This document shows, piece after piece, positions 10,996-23,329 of a DNA stretch of 64,000 nucleotides (its first letter is position 1; each line of letters begins with the position of its first letter). Source of the stretch: Psammoneis japonica (lineage: Eukaryota); NCBI GenBank assembly GCA_008632985.1, contig QPGO01000009.1, positions 372,001-436,000 of the forward strand, written 5' to 3'. The position numbers and the translations under genes are program-made. Under the pieces are notes generated by a model. It made no database searches and was not told the DNA's origin. It saw nothing but the letters and a program-made list of their open reading frames with translations.

Positions 10996-13900
10996 ATGGT
11001 GTTGTTGCATTTCCAGATTGGAAAACTCCGTAAGAATGTTGATCGCTCCGCGGTGAAGGATTGTATCCAAGAAGCTCTCGTGGGGATTGGGTCTCTGGCG
11101 TGGTTCAAGGTTTTCACGAGAGAGGATAGCAAGAAGAAAACGACAGTGGCAATGGTATCGGTAGATACGAACGTCGGGCGTTCCACCACGCTTGAGTGCC
11201 TTTCCGACATTGTCTTTATGGAGCGCAAGCTCTACGTTGAACAGGTTCAAGACGGACAAGACGATGCGAGCCATACCACGGCATGTGCGACAGGTAACAA
11301 GAAAAAGAAGACTGTTGTTCAAGAGCTCGCCAAATTACTTGCAGTCCCCTTTTACAAATTCATCAACGACGAACCATCCCGGTTGGAACAAAGCATCTGA
11401 CCGCGAAGAAGCCGGGAAGTTTTTCCAAGAGTTTCTGGATTCGCTTGACGACCCTGTGCCACGCTCGGAACGGCGTTATTTGGAGGGCACGGTCATGTCG
11501 ATTTTGCGGCAACGCAAGCTTTTGAAGTCTAAGCGATTCCAGGACAAGGTTGTAATGGTTTTTGCGAGAGGCGAGGCTGGTGATTTTCCACCCATGGAGG
11601 AACAAAGAACCGCCCGAGAACGGATCCTTGCGAAGAAGTTACTCAATGAAGCAGACAAGGAGGGTGTAACAGTGACAATGTCGAAACTTCCCGACTTGAT
11701 TCCTAGTAACGGAAGAATCAAAATTGAGTTCACAATTCATGCCGGAGCCCTTCCAAACACTCTACAAAGTGTTCTGGTGAATGGAGCACAGCGAAAGTGC
11801 TTTCACGTGTCAGGTGAAGTTCGCGCAGCACTCCCGGCTATGATTTCGGATCAAGAAAAACTCAAGGCGATCATATCCTTTCAGGCCGCCGGGACGGGCG
11901 TCTACCGTTCCATTATTGAGTTTACGTTTCGAAAATCGGCGAGTGAATTCTTCTCCATTGCTCGCTATGTGACAATTAGGACTGGTGACGCCAAGATGCA
12001 TCAAGTTCTCAAGCCCACGTCACCTTACAAGCGAAGGAGCCGCAAATACGAGGCCCCACCCAAGGACGTAGTATACCCTCTTCCCCGAGAGGGCGACATA
12101 TCGTCTGCCAACCCGTATGCGGACCTTCCACATCACAAGATGTTTTCCGAGGTCACGCAGCTCATTCTGAACCGCGAGTTGGAATCTACAATTGAGAAGC
12201 CAGACCCGGAGAACCTTGAACAAGCGTACCCAACCTTTTGGAAGAACCTTCTATGGGCTAGTGAGTTCCAGGCATATGAAGACATAAAACTATTTGATAT
12301 GGAAGGTGCCAAATTGAAACGGGAAGGCAAGTGGTTTGCTCTGCAGGTTCCCGGTCTTGCCGAAGGACGACCTTCAGTCCTCCGAGGAGATTGGGTAAAT
12401 GTGACTTGGAAAGGTCGTCTTTACAAGGGTAGGGTTCATGAGACTCGTCTTTTGAATGTTCTGTTGGAGTTTCACTCCTCTTTCCACAAGTCATTCAATG
12501 ATAAATTGGACGTTGTTGACGTACGCTTCACCTTTAGTCGCACGACGTTTCGAACCTCTCATGAAGGTTCCAAGACAGCCGTCGCTAGCATGGGACAGCG
12601 TCTGCTAATGCCCTCTTCGGTCGACGTCTTGGAAGCCCTGTCTGCAAACAAGAGCCGCGCTCTTCCAAAAATCAGTTGGGCAAACCGCAACCTCAACGCC
12701 GAGCAGAAAATTGCCGTCGTTGAAATCGTCAAGGGCAAGGGCCGCCCTTTGCCATACATTATCTTTGGTCCACCAGGGACAGGTACGGAGCATTAGCACG
12801 ACTGATTCTCTGTTGCGTCGTAATTGATGTTCTTACCACCTCTGGCTTGTTCTTGTTTTACAGGTAAAACAACGACTGTTGTCGAAACCGTTTATCAGCT
12901 GGTGAAGCAGTGGTCACTGAAGGTGCTTCTAGTGGCACCTAGCAACGACGCTGCTGATATTCTCGTTCAGAAATTAGCTCCCTTCTTTCCGCCCACGGAG
13001 CTAACCCGCGTGTTGGCCTACAGCCGCAGTATCGAATCGATGCCCACTAGTATTAGGCACTTTGCCGCAAAGAGTTTGACTTACGGTGGAATTGCACGCG
13101 CCAAAATAGTGGTTAGCACTGTAAACCTCGCAGCGCGATTCTCATTCTATGGTGTTTTACGTGGACACTTTGACGCGCTTTGTGTTGAAGAAGCCGGACA
13201 CGCCACCGAGCCCGAAGTTGTTGCTGTTGCTTCATCGCTTCTCGACTTCAAGAAGAAAGAACAACCAGGGCAGCTTGTCCTAGCCGGTGATCCAAAGCAG
13301 CTTGGACCGGTCATTACTTCAGATATTTGCCACAAGTTTGGAATGTCAGAGTCATTCATGGAGCGATTGTCCAAGCTTGACGAAGTTTATGGGCGTCAGG
13401 TGGATACTCACCAATTTCATCCGTCTTTGATCACAAAGTTGGTTCGAAACTATAGGTCGCATCCTGCCATTCTCAAACTGCCGAATGAAATGTTCTACGA
13501 TGGCGAACTGCAAACATGTGGCGACGTAATGAAAACACACGGTATGGCGAAATGGGAACACCTGCCCGCGGCTGGCTTTCCTGTTCTGTTCCATTCCGTT
13601 CATGGAGAGAACCTCCGTGAGGCCAATTCTCCGTCGTGGTTTAATCCTCAAGAAGCACAAGAGGTTGTGCGTTACGTGGACTTGTTGATCAATCAGTCAA
13701 AGCCCCCTATTAGGCAGGAGGATATCGGCATTATTACGCCGTATGCTCGACAAGCCCAGAAAATTCGACTGGCACTGAAGACAGCTGCTATTGAAAACAT
13801 CAAGGTGGGGTCGGTAGAAACCTTTCAGGGACAAGAGCGACGTTGTATCATAGTATCAACCGTTTGTGCCGAACCCGAGCTAGTCTTATCGGACCTCAAG

Positions 13901-14209
13901 TATAACCTTGGCTTTGTAGCAAACGAGAAGCGATTCAATGTCGCTATCACAAGAGCACAAGCCCTTCTCGTTGTTATTGGAGATCCGAGGGTTCTAGCTA
14001 TGGACAAGAATAATTGGCTGCCGTTTCTGAAATATTGTCAGACCAATGATTCTTGGGTTGGGCAAGAATGGGAAGAAGCCACAGACTGTCTCACGGACGA
14101 ACAGCTGAGCTCCACGTTGTCTGCTGACGATGGTGAGTGGGACGTGGTGGAAAGTGCAAGCAAAGCTGCACAGGAGGAAGCATTTGCTTTTGTTAACCGA
14201 GAGGAGTAG
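10996..14209 (+). CDS. MOV10/SDE3/Armitage-like SF1 RNA helicase; intron 12783-12863; apparent frameshift near 11395
   Basis: VPGLAEGRPSVLRGD, FGPPGT|GKT split by an 81-nt GT-AG intron, APSNDAAD, EAGHATEPE, LAGDPKQLGP, RNYRSH, SPSWFNP, GIITPY, GSVETFQGQE, KRFNVAITRA; RRM-like N-terminus in a different frame. Confidence 0.9.
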
Positions 14210-16899
14210 CATCGTTTGGCGCACCGACACTCAAGAATCGGCTCTGTCGATTTCCTTGACGAAAAGAAGCAGAGAAATGGATCATTCAGATCGTAAAAAG
14301 CAGAAGCACTGAAGCTTGCTCTCTAGAGTGTAGTTCACGTTGCAGAGATGGGGATCTGGTCATGCCTCACGATTCTTTTGGCACCGATGCAAAAGATTCG
14401 CGAGGACGCCAAACAATGCATTGGTTTTTGATCTTTCATCATTGCCGGTGATCCCAAGCAGCAATGAAACCCTTTGTGTCATCATTCGGTGGTTTTGATC
14501 CCACCTCTAAAATCTTCCGATTTGGCATTGGAGCATCAATTGACGTGACTGCTGAGATCCATCTTCACTCCTGTGAACAGTTGGGTGCACTGCAGCACCA
14601 TTGGCCATTTTGGTTGTGTGTGGCTGGCTGGGCATGTCAGTTTCTCAACAATCACAGACTGCACTGCATGAGCCAGCAAAAGTTCTTCTGTGAACATTGC
14701 CAAAGATTGTTGAAGGCTGGAGCAATGGGTCATGGAAGCCTTTGAACTCCAAGGGCTGTGTGCCATGCCCTTGGCAGTGACTCTGGCCCTCACAAAAGCA
14801 AGTTGGAGATTTCATTGTGGCTGGCCTTTGCCAACCTGGGAAGTCTTGTTGAGGAGGACCTTCCACCCAACTTGTTCTGTTGGTGCTGCTGTGCACAAAA
14901 GGAGGGACAATGGCGCATGATGCCTGGAGACCTGGTTTGCATCATTGGTGCTGAAAGGTGTTCTTGACTCGACTGCAAAACCCAGATGATGTGAGAGGGC
15001 ATGACAGGAATTTCCTCAGGATGGGGGTGCAATGCACCACTCTTTTTGTGGGCACAACTGGAGGTGTGCACCACCCAGCCAGACTGAGCAACAACAAACA
15101 CTCATGGCCAAGAGTCTCAAGCAGTGCACCACATTTGTTGAGATGTGCAAGCCAGTGTGCCAAACAAAATGTTTGGTTGTCAATCATGCTGGTTCAGTGT
15201 GGCTGCACAGCTTCCAGATTGCAGCACTGATTTTTGCACATGTGGGGTGCACACAAATCTCTGAGCAGAGGAGTGCCAGTGGCACACACATGTGCCGGCG
15301 GCCAAAGTTGGTGGAAATCTCCCAGCTGAAAGCTTGGGAGTGTAGCATGAAGAGCAAAGTGCAAACAAGTGATTGTGGTGCAACCAAGCCATGGCCCCAA
15401 CCATCAAAGCACACCATGGAAGCCACCAGCACAGCTTTGCCAGGTGTGTCAACAAATTGTTTGGCAATGAAAGCTCCGAGTGCCAACAAATGGAAGAGAA
15501 GTTGGTCATGATGGCTGGTTGCCAAGCACCGAGTTGCAAGAGTGGATGTCACACTTTTGAATGGGGGGCACCCAACACCCTGCTCTTCTTTTCTTCTTTG
15601 CCTGGCCTCTTCTCAAGCCCCCCCCCTGGGATTTTGTTGAACAAATGTGGAACCTTTTTTTGCTTCTGGCTGGTGTTTTGGTGCTGGTGGCCTCACAGGA
15701 AATTGGGTGGCTTCTTCAGATCTGGAATCAATTGTCTGCAACAAAGCAAATGCAAGAGATGGCATGATCAGGGCACAAACCATCGGAGCAAAAAGGAGCA
15801 GCGGGTGGCTCCAGACTCTTGGACCTGGTGTGCAAAGGGCCACTTAGCTCAGCTTTGCATTTTTGCCACAAAAGCGCCTCTCTAAACACCCATGTGTTCT
15901 TAAAAAAAAATTCCTTTTCATTTTGTGCCTTGTTGTTTTTGCTGTGTTCCAGATTTTGTCCTGTGCTGCAATTTGCATTCACACACCAGTTTGGTTTGTT
16001 GCCATGGCTGCAACTCCTTCTGCACTGTTGCCAGTTGCTGCTGGCTGCAACGGCACTTCCTCTTGCAAAGGTGCATCCCACCCATCCTCTCTCTTTCCTT
16101 TTTCTCTTCTCTTTTTGCTTTTGTTTCTCTTGGCCTCCTTGGACAATGAGAAGCTTGCCTTCTCTGACCTCCATTCCTTGAACCGCAAACTGAACCTTGG
16201 TTTTTCTCTTTGTCTTGCTTCACTCAGTTGTGCAGCTCACTGCATTCCCTTGTCCTTGAGATGACTGGACCTTGCTTGGCAGAGAGAATCTGGGCTCATG
16301 AAATGTTCAAGGACTCCCTCATGTGCTCCTAAAAAGTCAGAGGCAGCAGCCAAGACAAGTGGAATGGGCACTGTGGCATTGAAAGTTGACAAAACTGTTT
16401 TCCACATTTGAGTTTAACTGTTTTGGGATTGCAATCATTTCCATGGGGCTGATGAATCAGAACAATCTGTGTCTGACAGAGAGGGCAGAATGGAAGGATT
16501 CTGTCACAAATGATGACCCACCAGTTGTTGCAAGCGAAACTCATGCACACAGCTCTGTCGATCATTGCTGCTCCAGACAGCAGCCAGCTGGTGAGCGGCA
16601 TCAATGGGAGAGAGCAGGAGACAGGTGTGCTTCTGACTGGCGATGATGCTCATTGCATTCTTTCAATTTTCTTAATCCTCATCTTTTTTCCAACGAAAAG
16701 ATGCAAATGTCGGGTTCTCTTGTTGCTTGTTCTGACTCACTCTGCGCGGCAGTCTCTCCAGGACTCTTGACAACCAACCATGTTGCACTCTGGTGACATT
16801 TCTGACAAATCTCCATGATGCAGTGTTTCGAATAGCTCGTGTCACTCTGCTTCTATGTTCCTTGATGATGTGTGTGTTGCGTGCAGTGTCACATCCAGA

Positions 16900-17528
16900 T
16901 CAAATCATGCCGAATCCCATGCTCGCAATGGGAATGTTTTTGCGCCTCATGGCTGCTTCAATGGCACTCTTGTCATTGCGAATGCAGCCTGGAGCACCCG
17001 GCATCATCAAAGTTTGCTGCGCCATTGCATGTCTCATTTTGAGGGTGTGCGGTTCCTCACACTTGGCACAAGCTTGAAGCATTTTGTGCGCAACAGAAAA
17101 TGACTCTGGGCAATTGATGCTGTCACCCATGTGCATGACCACATGATGGGATGTGTGGCAGATGCCTGCTGCCTTTTTGCATTGACTGAGCTCGTAGCGA
17201 GCATCTGTTGCGGCAAGCAATTGCTTGATGCACTCCTTGGGTGCTTTGCTGCTCCAGTTCTCTTCATCATCAGGATTCTCAGCACCTCCTGCTTCCTCAA
17301 GTTTGACTGAGGCATTCTCTGCTGGGACCAGTTCTGGAGAAATTACAGCAATGTTGGTGGGTTTGGCATTGATCTTTTCCCCATTGTCAAGACGAACACC
17401 GCACCACCTGTGGTCTCGTCGAAGTCAACGAAAACCTTGCCCTTGCACCCGTTCAGTTCTGGTCTTCCTGTGAGACCTTCAAGCTCAACTTTGGTCCCTT
17501 TCTTGGGCTCAGAAGTGGAGGCAGACAC
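16900..17528 (-). pseudogene. Decayed MYND-finger-type host gene
   Basis: GTKVELEGLTGRPELNG..G segment typical of diatom MYND proteins, followed by Cys-rich frameshifted remnants; TpA-depleted. Confidence 0.5.
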
Positions 17529-18699
17529 ATTTTAAAGTGTGCAGTAAACTTGAAGTCGGTTTCTTCATTCTGCTTCTTGCTTTTTGAGTGCAGGTGTGTG
17601 ATGCGATGGTGGTTCTTCTTTGGTTGTTGGCGGCAAGTGCGAGAGAAAGTGCAGTCATTCTTGCATGTCCACCAGATTCCTGGTTCCTCTTGCAGCTTAG
17701 TGGCATCGCATTGGAAAGTCAAGACGAAAAGAAGATCTGCTTTGCAAAAAGGGGCAGCATGATGTTGGGGTTGTGAAGAAAGCACTTGTTCAAAACTGCA
17801 GTTTTCTAGTGACTTTTTAGGATGGTGAGCGAGGCTGACATGGTGTGATTTTCCATTGCACTTCTTCAATCAAGAAAGCACCTGTTGTTGCATCACCACG
17901 CTGCTTCCTCATTGCTGCCACCCAGCTGGTCTGCGCTGCTTCCTCATTGCTGCCACCCAGCTGGTCCGCACGGCAATTGATTTCCTGGCATGTGGTCTTT
18001 GTCAAATCCATCTGCAGTGACCACCACAGTGCAAATGATGTCCCCTGAACATCCATCTCATCTCATGCCATGGCACATGAGAGGTGGCCTTCTTGGCTGG
18101 AGCACTCTCTTTGTCCTGCTGGGGCATGTTGGGTTGAAATTCGGCATCTGCAAAAAGACCCATTGCAGACAGAGCCACCGTCAATGGGACTCCAACACTT
18201 GACAATCTCCACACCAGAGCCATGAGCTGGCTCTTTTGTTTTTGCAGCAAAGCTTGTGCATCAAGTGTGCTGCAGTCTTGACCAGTGGCAGACAACCTGT
18301 TTCAACTCCATGAGATGGAACACAATGCCAGTGTCAGCAGAGATTGCAGACAGGCATGTTGAGCAAATGAACAAAAAAGAGATCAGAGCTCAGGCTGATT
18401 GCGTCAGCTGATTTAAAAAATGCTTGACATGATGATCAGCCAGCGCCTGTGTGTCATCAGCAGCAGAGCCTGAGCAACACACAAAGACATGCTCCAAGAC
18501 CTGTGCAATCTTGTCAGATGGGCAGTTGGCAATGCAGGTGCTGGTTGAGACTCAAGACCTGTGTCAGTGCACTTCGCCACCATTGACAAAGCCTTCTTGG
18601 GGCAACAAGCCCTCATGACCAGGGGCAGACATGTGATCTGGAAAAGTGACAAAGGAATGACACTTGCATTGCAATGTTTTTTTTTAACAACTCCTTCTT

Positions 18700-20720
18700 G
18701 GCACACTGGGAAATGATGTCCAATTGTTTGGAAAATGGTTCCTGAAATTCAGACAAACCATGCCCAGTGCTGATTTGTTGCATCAAATGCTGGCGATGCT
18801 GCAAATTTTCAGGATTGCATGGGACATCTGACCACACATCTTGCACTTCCGCTTGTCAGTTAATGTCAGCTTGTGTCACAGCAGACATGCAGTGGCTGGA
18901 TTGGCAAGTGGCAGTGGGTCATTGTTTTCCTTGTTGTTTGTCACATCCATGACAGCATCTTCACCAGATGGATCATTGGAATCATCATCCTCTTTTCAGG
19001 CTCACTTTTGGAAAATTTGGCCATTTGTTCATCTTGTTGTTTCTTTCCCTTAAAATCATCAGATGCTTTTTCTTTTTTCTGTCAAAGGACAGATCACACA
19101 CACACCCTTTTCCAAAAGTTTGTTTGCCAGCTGGATCATGTCCAACAATGGTCAACACAAGCGGCTTGCCTGCCCATCTTCTCATCACAGTTCAGTTGAC
19201 CAAGGGTGCTGAAAAGACCACCATTCACTCACAATTGTGGGCTGTCATGCATTTGACCTGGACAACACTGAGCTGTGCAAAATGACTCTAATGCAATCTG
19301 TTCACACTCCTCTTTTTGTTTGTCTGACATTTCTCCAACCATTGCCTCCATCAGCTGGGGCACAATGCCAGCCTCTGTCACATGCATTGTGTCTGACACT
19401 GTCATGCCAAATGTGTGCCGCATGTGGGTTGTCACCCACGTCTGCAGGAAAGCACTTGTTGTCTGCAGCCAGCAAACTGAAAAAAATCACCTTGACATTT
19501 TGGAGCACATTTTCATTCTGCTGCAAATCAGAGAAAATGAAACCTCCTTTTCCACTTTCTTTTGTGCAGCTGCCATTTTGCACTTTTGAGAAGTTGTTTC
19601 ACAAACTGATGCCAATGGCTGTTGTCGTCAACAGGATCAGGACCCAATTCTGAGACAGCAAGCAACTCAATGAAAGCTTGGTTGAAAAACTCACAAGCAT
19701 GCAGGGAGGTCATCTGCAAGGCAGAGGCAGGTGAACTGCAATTGTGCAACAATCACCCCATCTTGCTGGTGCGGCTCATTGCACTGCTGCAAATTTGTTT
19801 TTGATTTGGCATGTCACTTGAAGGGGAGTTTTGCTGTGATGCATTGCTCTGCTCTCATGCGCTGGCACTCAGAGCCAATGATTGCACAATCAATGAGCAG
19901 ATTGGCCTTGCAAAGAATCAGTCTACAAAGCACAGCCTTTAGAATGTGGCAGCAACAGGCAGCAACAAGGTGACCCAACTTGTTCTTCACATCTTGCTTG
20001 TCCATGTTTGGAGCAAAACCGAGTTGATGCCAGCAATGACAATTGTGACAAGTGCCTTCATGAATCATTGCAAGCAAGTGCATGAGTGGCTCCATCCCAG
20101 GCAGATTGACTGAATTGATGCCAGTCTTGTCAGACGAACAGTTGACAAGGTGAACATGGAAATTGGGTGCAGTTTTCTGAGAACTGGACCAGCTTTGGAA
20201 CCACTCTCTGTCTGTCTTGACATTGAGTTGTCAATTGCCAGTCACCTGGGTGTTCCAGGAAACAAGCAAGTGTCACTCCCCAAAGCAGCAGGGTCAGAAT
20301 CCAAATCACTGTCCACAATGGGAGGTGCATGTGCTGGTGACCACATGCTGTCATCTGGATTTGCCTCCAACTTTGAAACATCGTGGAAAACAGGCTCTGT
20401 GAAAAGATCCTGCAGAGTCTTGTTGAAAGGGTGGGGAATTGGGGCTTTTGGGATCATTCTTCTGTCAATGGACTGGATTGTTGCATTCAAGCATCATGGT
20501 CACAGTGCAGTGAAGAGGGACATTGGGGAAGAGCTCCAAGAGAGTTGCTTCATTGCCACAGCAGTCACAGTGGGAGGCTTTGTCACATCCAATCCTTTCT
20601 CAGCATGCTCTTCTTGGACTGCTCTCATTGCGTTGTTGACAAAGTCAATTGCTGCACCAGACCAATGACAAAGATGCAGCAGATGAGACATTGGTGCAAT
20701 GCTGGGTGTGATCACACCAG
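18700..20720 (-). mobile_element. Probable Plavaka-like transposase remnant
   Basis: Fragments in the expected order: F.KTLQDLF..LEANPDD, SDKTGIN..GMEPL, FGMTVSDTMH..EAGIVP; many frameshifts; TpA/CpG-depleted. Family assignment from recalled motifs only. Confidence 0.5.
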
Positions 20721-22004
20721 AGAAACATCAAAATCCTCATCAGGGGAGAGATTGCATGCTGTCATCCCCAGTGGATTCTTGGGATCAAAAGAGGAGTCTG
20801 CAACCAAGTCATCCTTGGGAGGAGGCAAAAGGAGAGATGTTTCAGGCACATGTGTGACATCAAAGGAGAGTCCAAACTGCCATCCAAAATGCCAACAACA
20901 ATGAACTTGGGAACTTCTGCAAGATTTTTGTCTCCAAAAGGGTGAGTGTGTGCCATTGTCGGCCAACAAAATGACCTGTCAGTGAGCATTTGCAGCAGCA
21001 GCCTTGGTGGTGACAGACAATCAAACAGAGAGACAAAAAAAAATGGCAAGGGTGTTCTGTTTTACAAACAAAACAAAGGAACATGAAAACATGAAGAGAA
21101 AATGTGTGGAGGACAGTGACATCAGAGAGCAAAATTTTGGGATCAAGGAAAATTCCAACTTGATGCAAGACTCTGCAAAGTTTGGGATGCTGAATGGCGG
21201 GGCATGCTGCATTTGGGAGGTGACATGGTCATTGATGCAACTGCACTCTTGTTGCGCAGGAGACAAACATCCAACTTGATGCATGCCTGTGAAGTTTTGG
21301 ATGTGGAAGAGTGGGGCACATGCTGCACTCAGGATGTGATGTGATCACAAACTTGTTCTTGCGGGAGACATCTGTTGTTGAGTGTTCAATGAAACTAAAT
21401 TTGTCTGGGTGGCACCATCATGGATTTTGTGGAGAATGCCTGATCACTTTCAAACGTTCTTGATGGGGGGACAAGACCCAGATTGTTGGTGCCCAGATGC
21501 CGGGGCTGGCAGTGCAAGTGAGCCAAGCTGCCCCACAATTTCAGACTGACCTCTTCTTGAAGCACAGCAGTGGCAGCTGCTGTGTTGCCTTCTGCCTGGG
21601 GACTTGAGACAGCTCTCTCCCTTTCTTTTCTCGGACACCCATGTTGGAGCATGGTCAGCACCGTGTGGCCTCCTCCCAACCAGCAGCAGGGAATTGGATG
21701 ACTCACTTCCGTTGGCATTTCAGAGCTGGAATTGATCATCCACAACAAAAGCAAGTGCAAGATGGCTTCATCCTCCTCAGGTGCAAAACCATCGGAGCGA
21801 AGGAAGGAACGGCGCACGGCTGGGTGTGGACCCGCAACGCAAAGACCCCCGCCCTCGCTACTGCTAGCGTTGCGCTTGCTTGCTTGGGGCACTTTGAAGC
21901 GACGGTCTTGCATGCCATCGCGCAACGGGCCCAACAGCAACGCAACACGCAACACACAACACACAACGCACTGTAAAGTCATCAACAGGCACCATCAATA
22001 CAAC

Positions 22005-23271
22005 ATGGAGACAATGACGACAACACCCCCAGTCGAAATCAATGAGGCAGAAAGGTCGCTAAAAAGCAGCATCGGTCTCAGGAGGAATGTCCGGCCGAGC
22101 GACTAGAGCGTCAACAGAAACAGAGGACCACCACAACTCGCAGAAGTGGCATGCCACGAGCCAACACGAATGGGGCCGCCGTGGAGAAGACACTCGTCGG
22201 GAGCAAACCTGCAAAAGCGATGGACCCTAGAGGGAAAAAGCGACGCTGGACCAGCGGAGAAAAGAGACAAGCTCGAGAAGAAAGAGAAAAGCGTAAAGGC
22301 GATATTCCGAATGCGGAAGCAGCTGCCAACTGCGACAATGGCGCGGCAATTACCGAGAAGCAAAAGAGGATAAAGAAGCGTCCAGTAGAGAAATCAAAAG
22401 ATGAGTTAATTCTTGATTGCGCGACCGAGGCAAGATCTACTGGATCTGTTTGGTTTCAAGAAAGCCGGGGTTGGCCACCTCACAATGCCACAGTTCCGGA
22501 GAAAAAGACGGTTTCCCTGTGTACGAGTTGTAGTTTGCGACCGCCTGTGCCATTTCGTGTTCCAAACTGGCATGCATCAAGTGCGTCAAGTCATATTCGA
22601 ATTCATGCACAACCCTTGCTTGTTTTGGATTTGAATGGCATTCTATGCCATCGTATTCGATTCAATCGGGAAAAGGAAACGGATCGACCCATTCGCTACC
22701 GCCGCCATTGTGCACATATTGCACACACACCTGTGGTTCCAAGGCCCAACGTGGGAGACTTTTTATGCTTTTTGGATACACACTTTACACTGGCCGTGTG
22801 GACATCGGCCAAGAGAAATACTGCGAAACAATTGGTGCACTCTTGTTTCCACTAGAGGTGGCATCACGATTGCTCTTTGTGTGGTCACAAAATCAGTGTG
22901 ACAAGGACTCGACACAGCCACAAAATTGCAAAGAGAAGGATATCATTTTTATAAAGTCACTAGATAAAGTGTGGAAGACATATCCGGTTTGGAATTCATC
23001 AAACACGTTGCTATTGGACGATTCACCAGAAAAATGTCCCTTTGCAGAGAACGCGTTGCATCCGCCGCCAATGAATGGACGGGAGGATTGGTCCGATGAA
23101 GAAAACGCATCAAGGCAAATGCAATTCTTTCAGCGACTTATTCATTGCTGTCAGCGACCTCTGCACAACCGGACACTGGCTTGCTTTTTGAGTGATCACG
23201 GTCGGGGCCACATGGGTTGGTCAGGAGCGGCACGAGAAGATGAAGGGGTTCGTTCAATTCGTATGAGCTAA
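22005..23271 (+). CDS. FCP1/SCP (NIF) family HAD phosphatase-like protein; two apparent 1-bp frameshifts (~22065, ~22839)
   Basis: LLVLDLNGILCHR, PRP.V.DFL, LAVWTSA, LLFVWSQNQC, IKSLDKVW, NTLLLDDSPEK. Confidence 0.8.
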
Positions 23272-23329
23272 TGATAGGGTATAAAGATTAAAGACTCGTT
23301 GTTGGCAAACTCTTTTCAAGTGTTAGCTA

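Noticed and set aside
5200..21800. Dozens of 60-200 aa ORFs in the TA-free domains, including the poly-Leu ORF at 7873
   Set aside because: Expected by-product of losing TAA/TAG and of the microsatellite; no coherent domains beyond the remnants listed.
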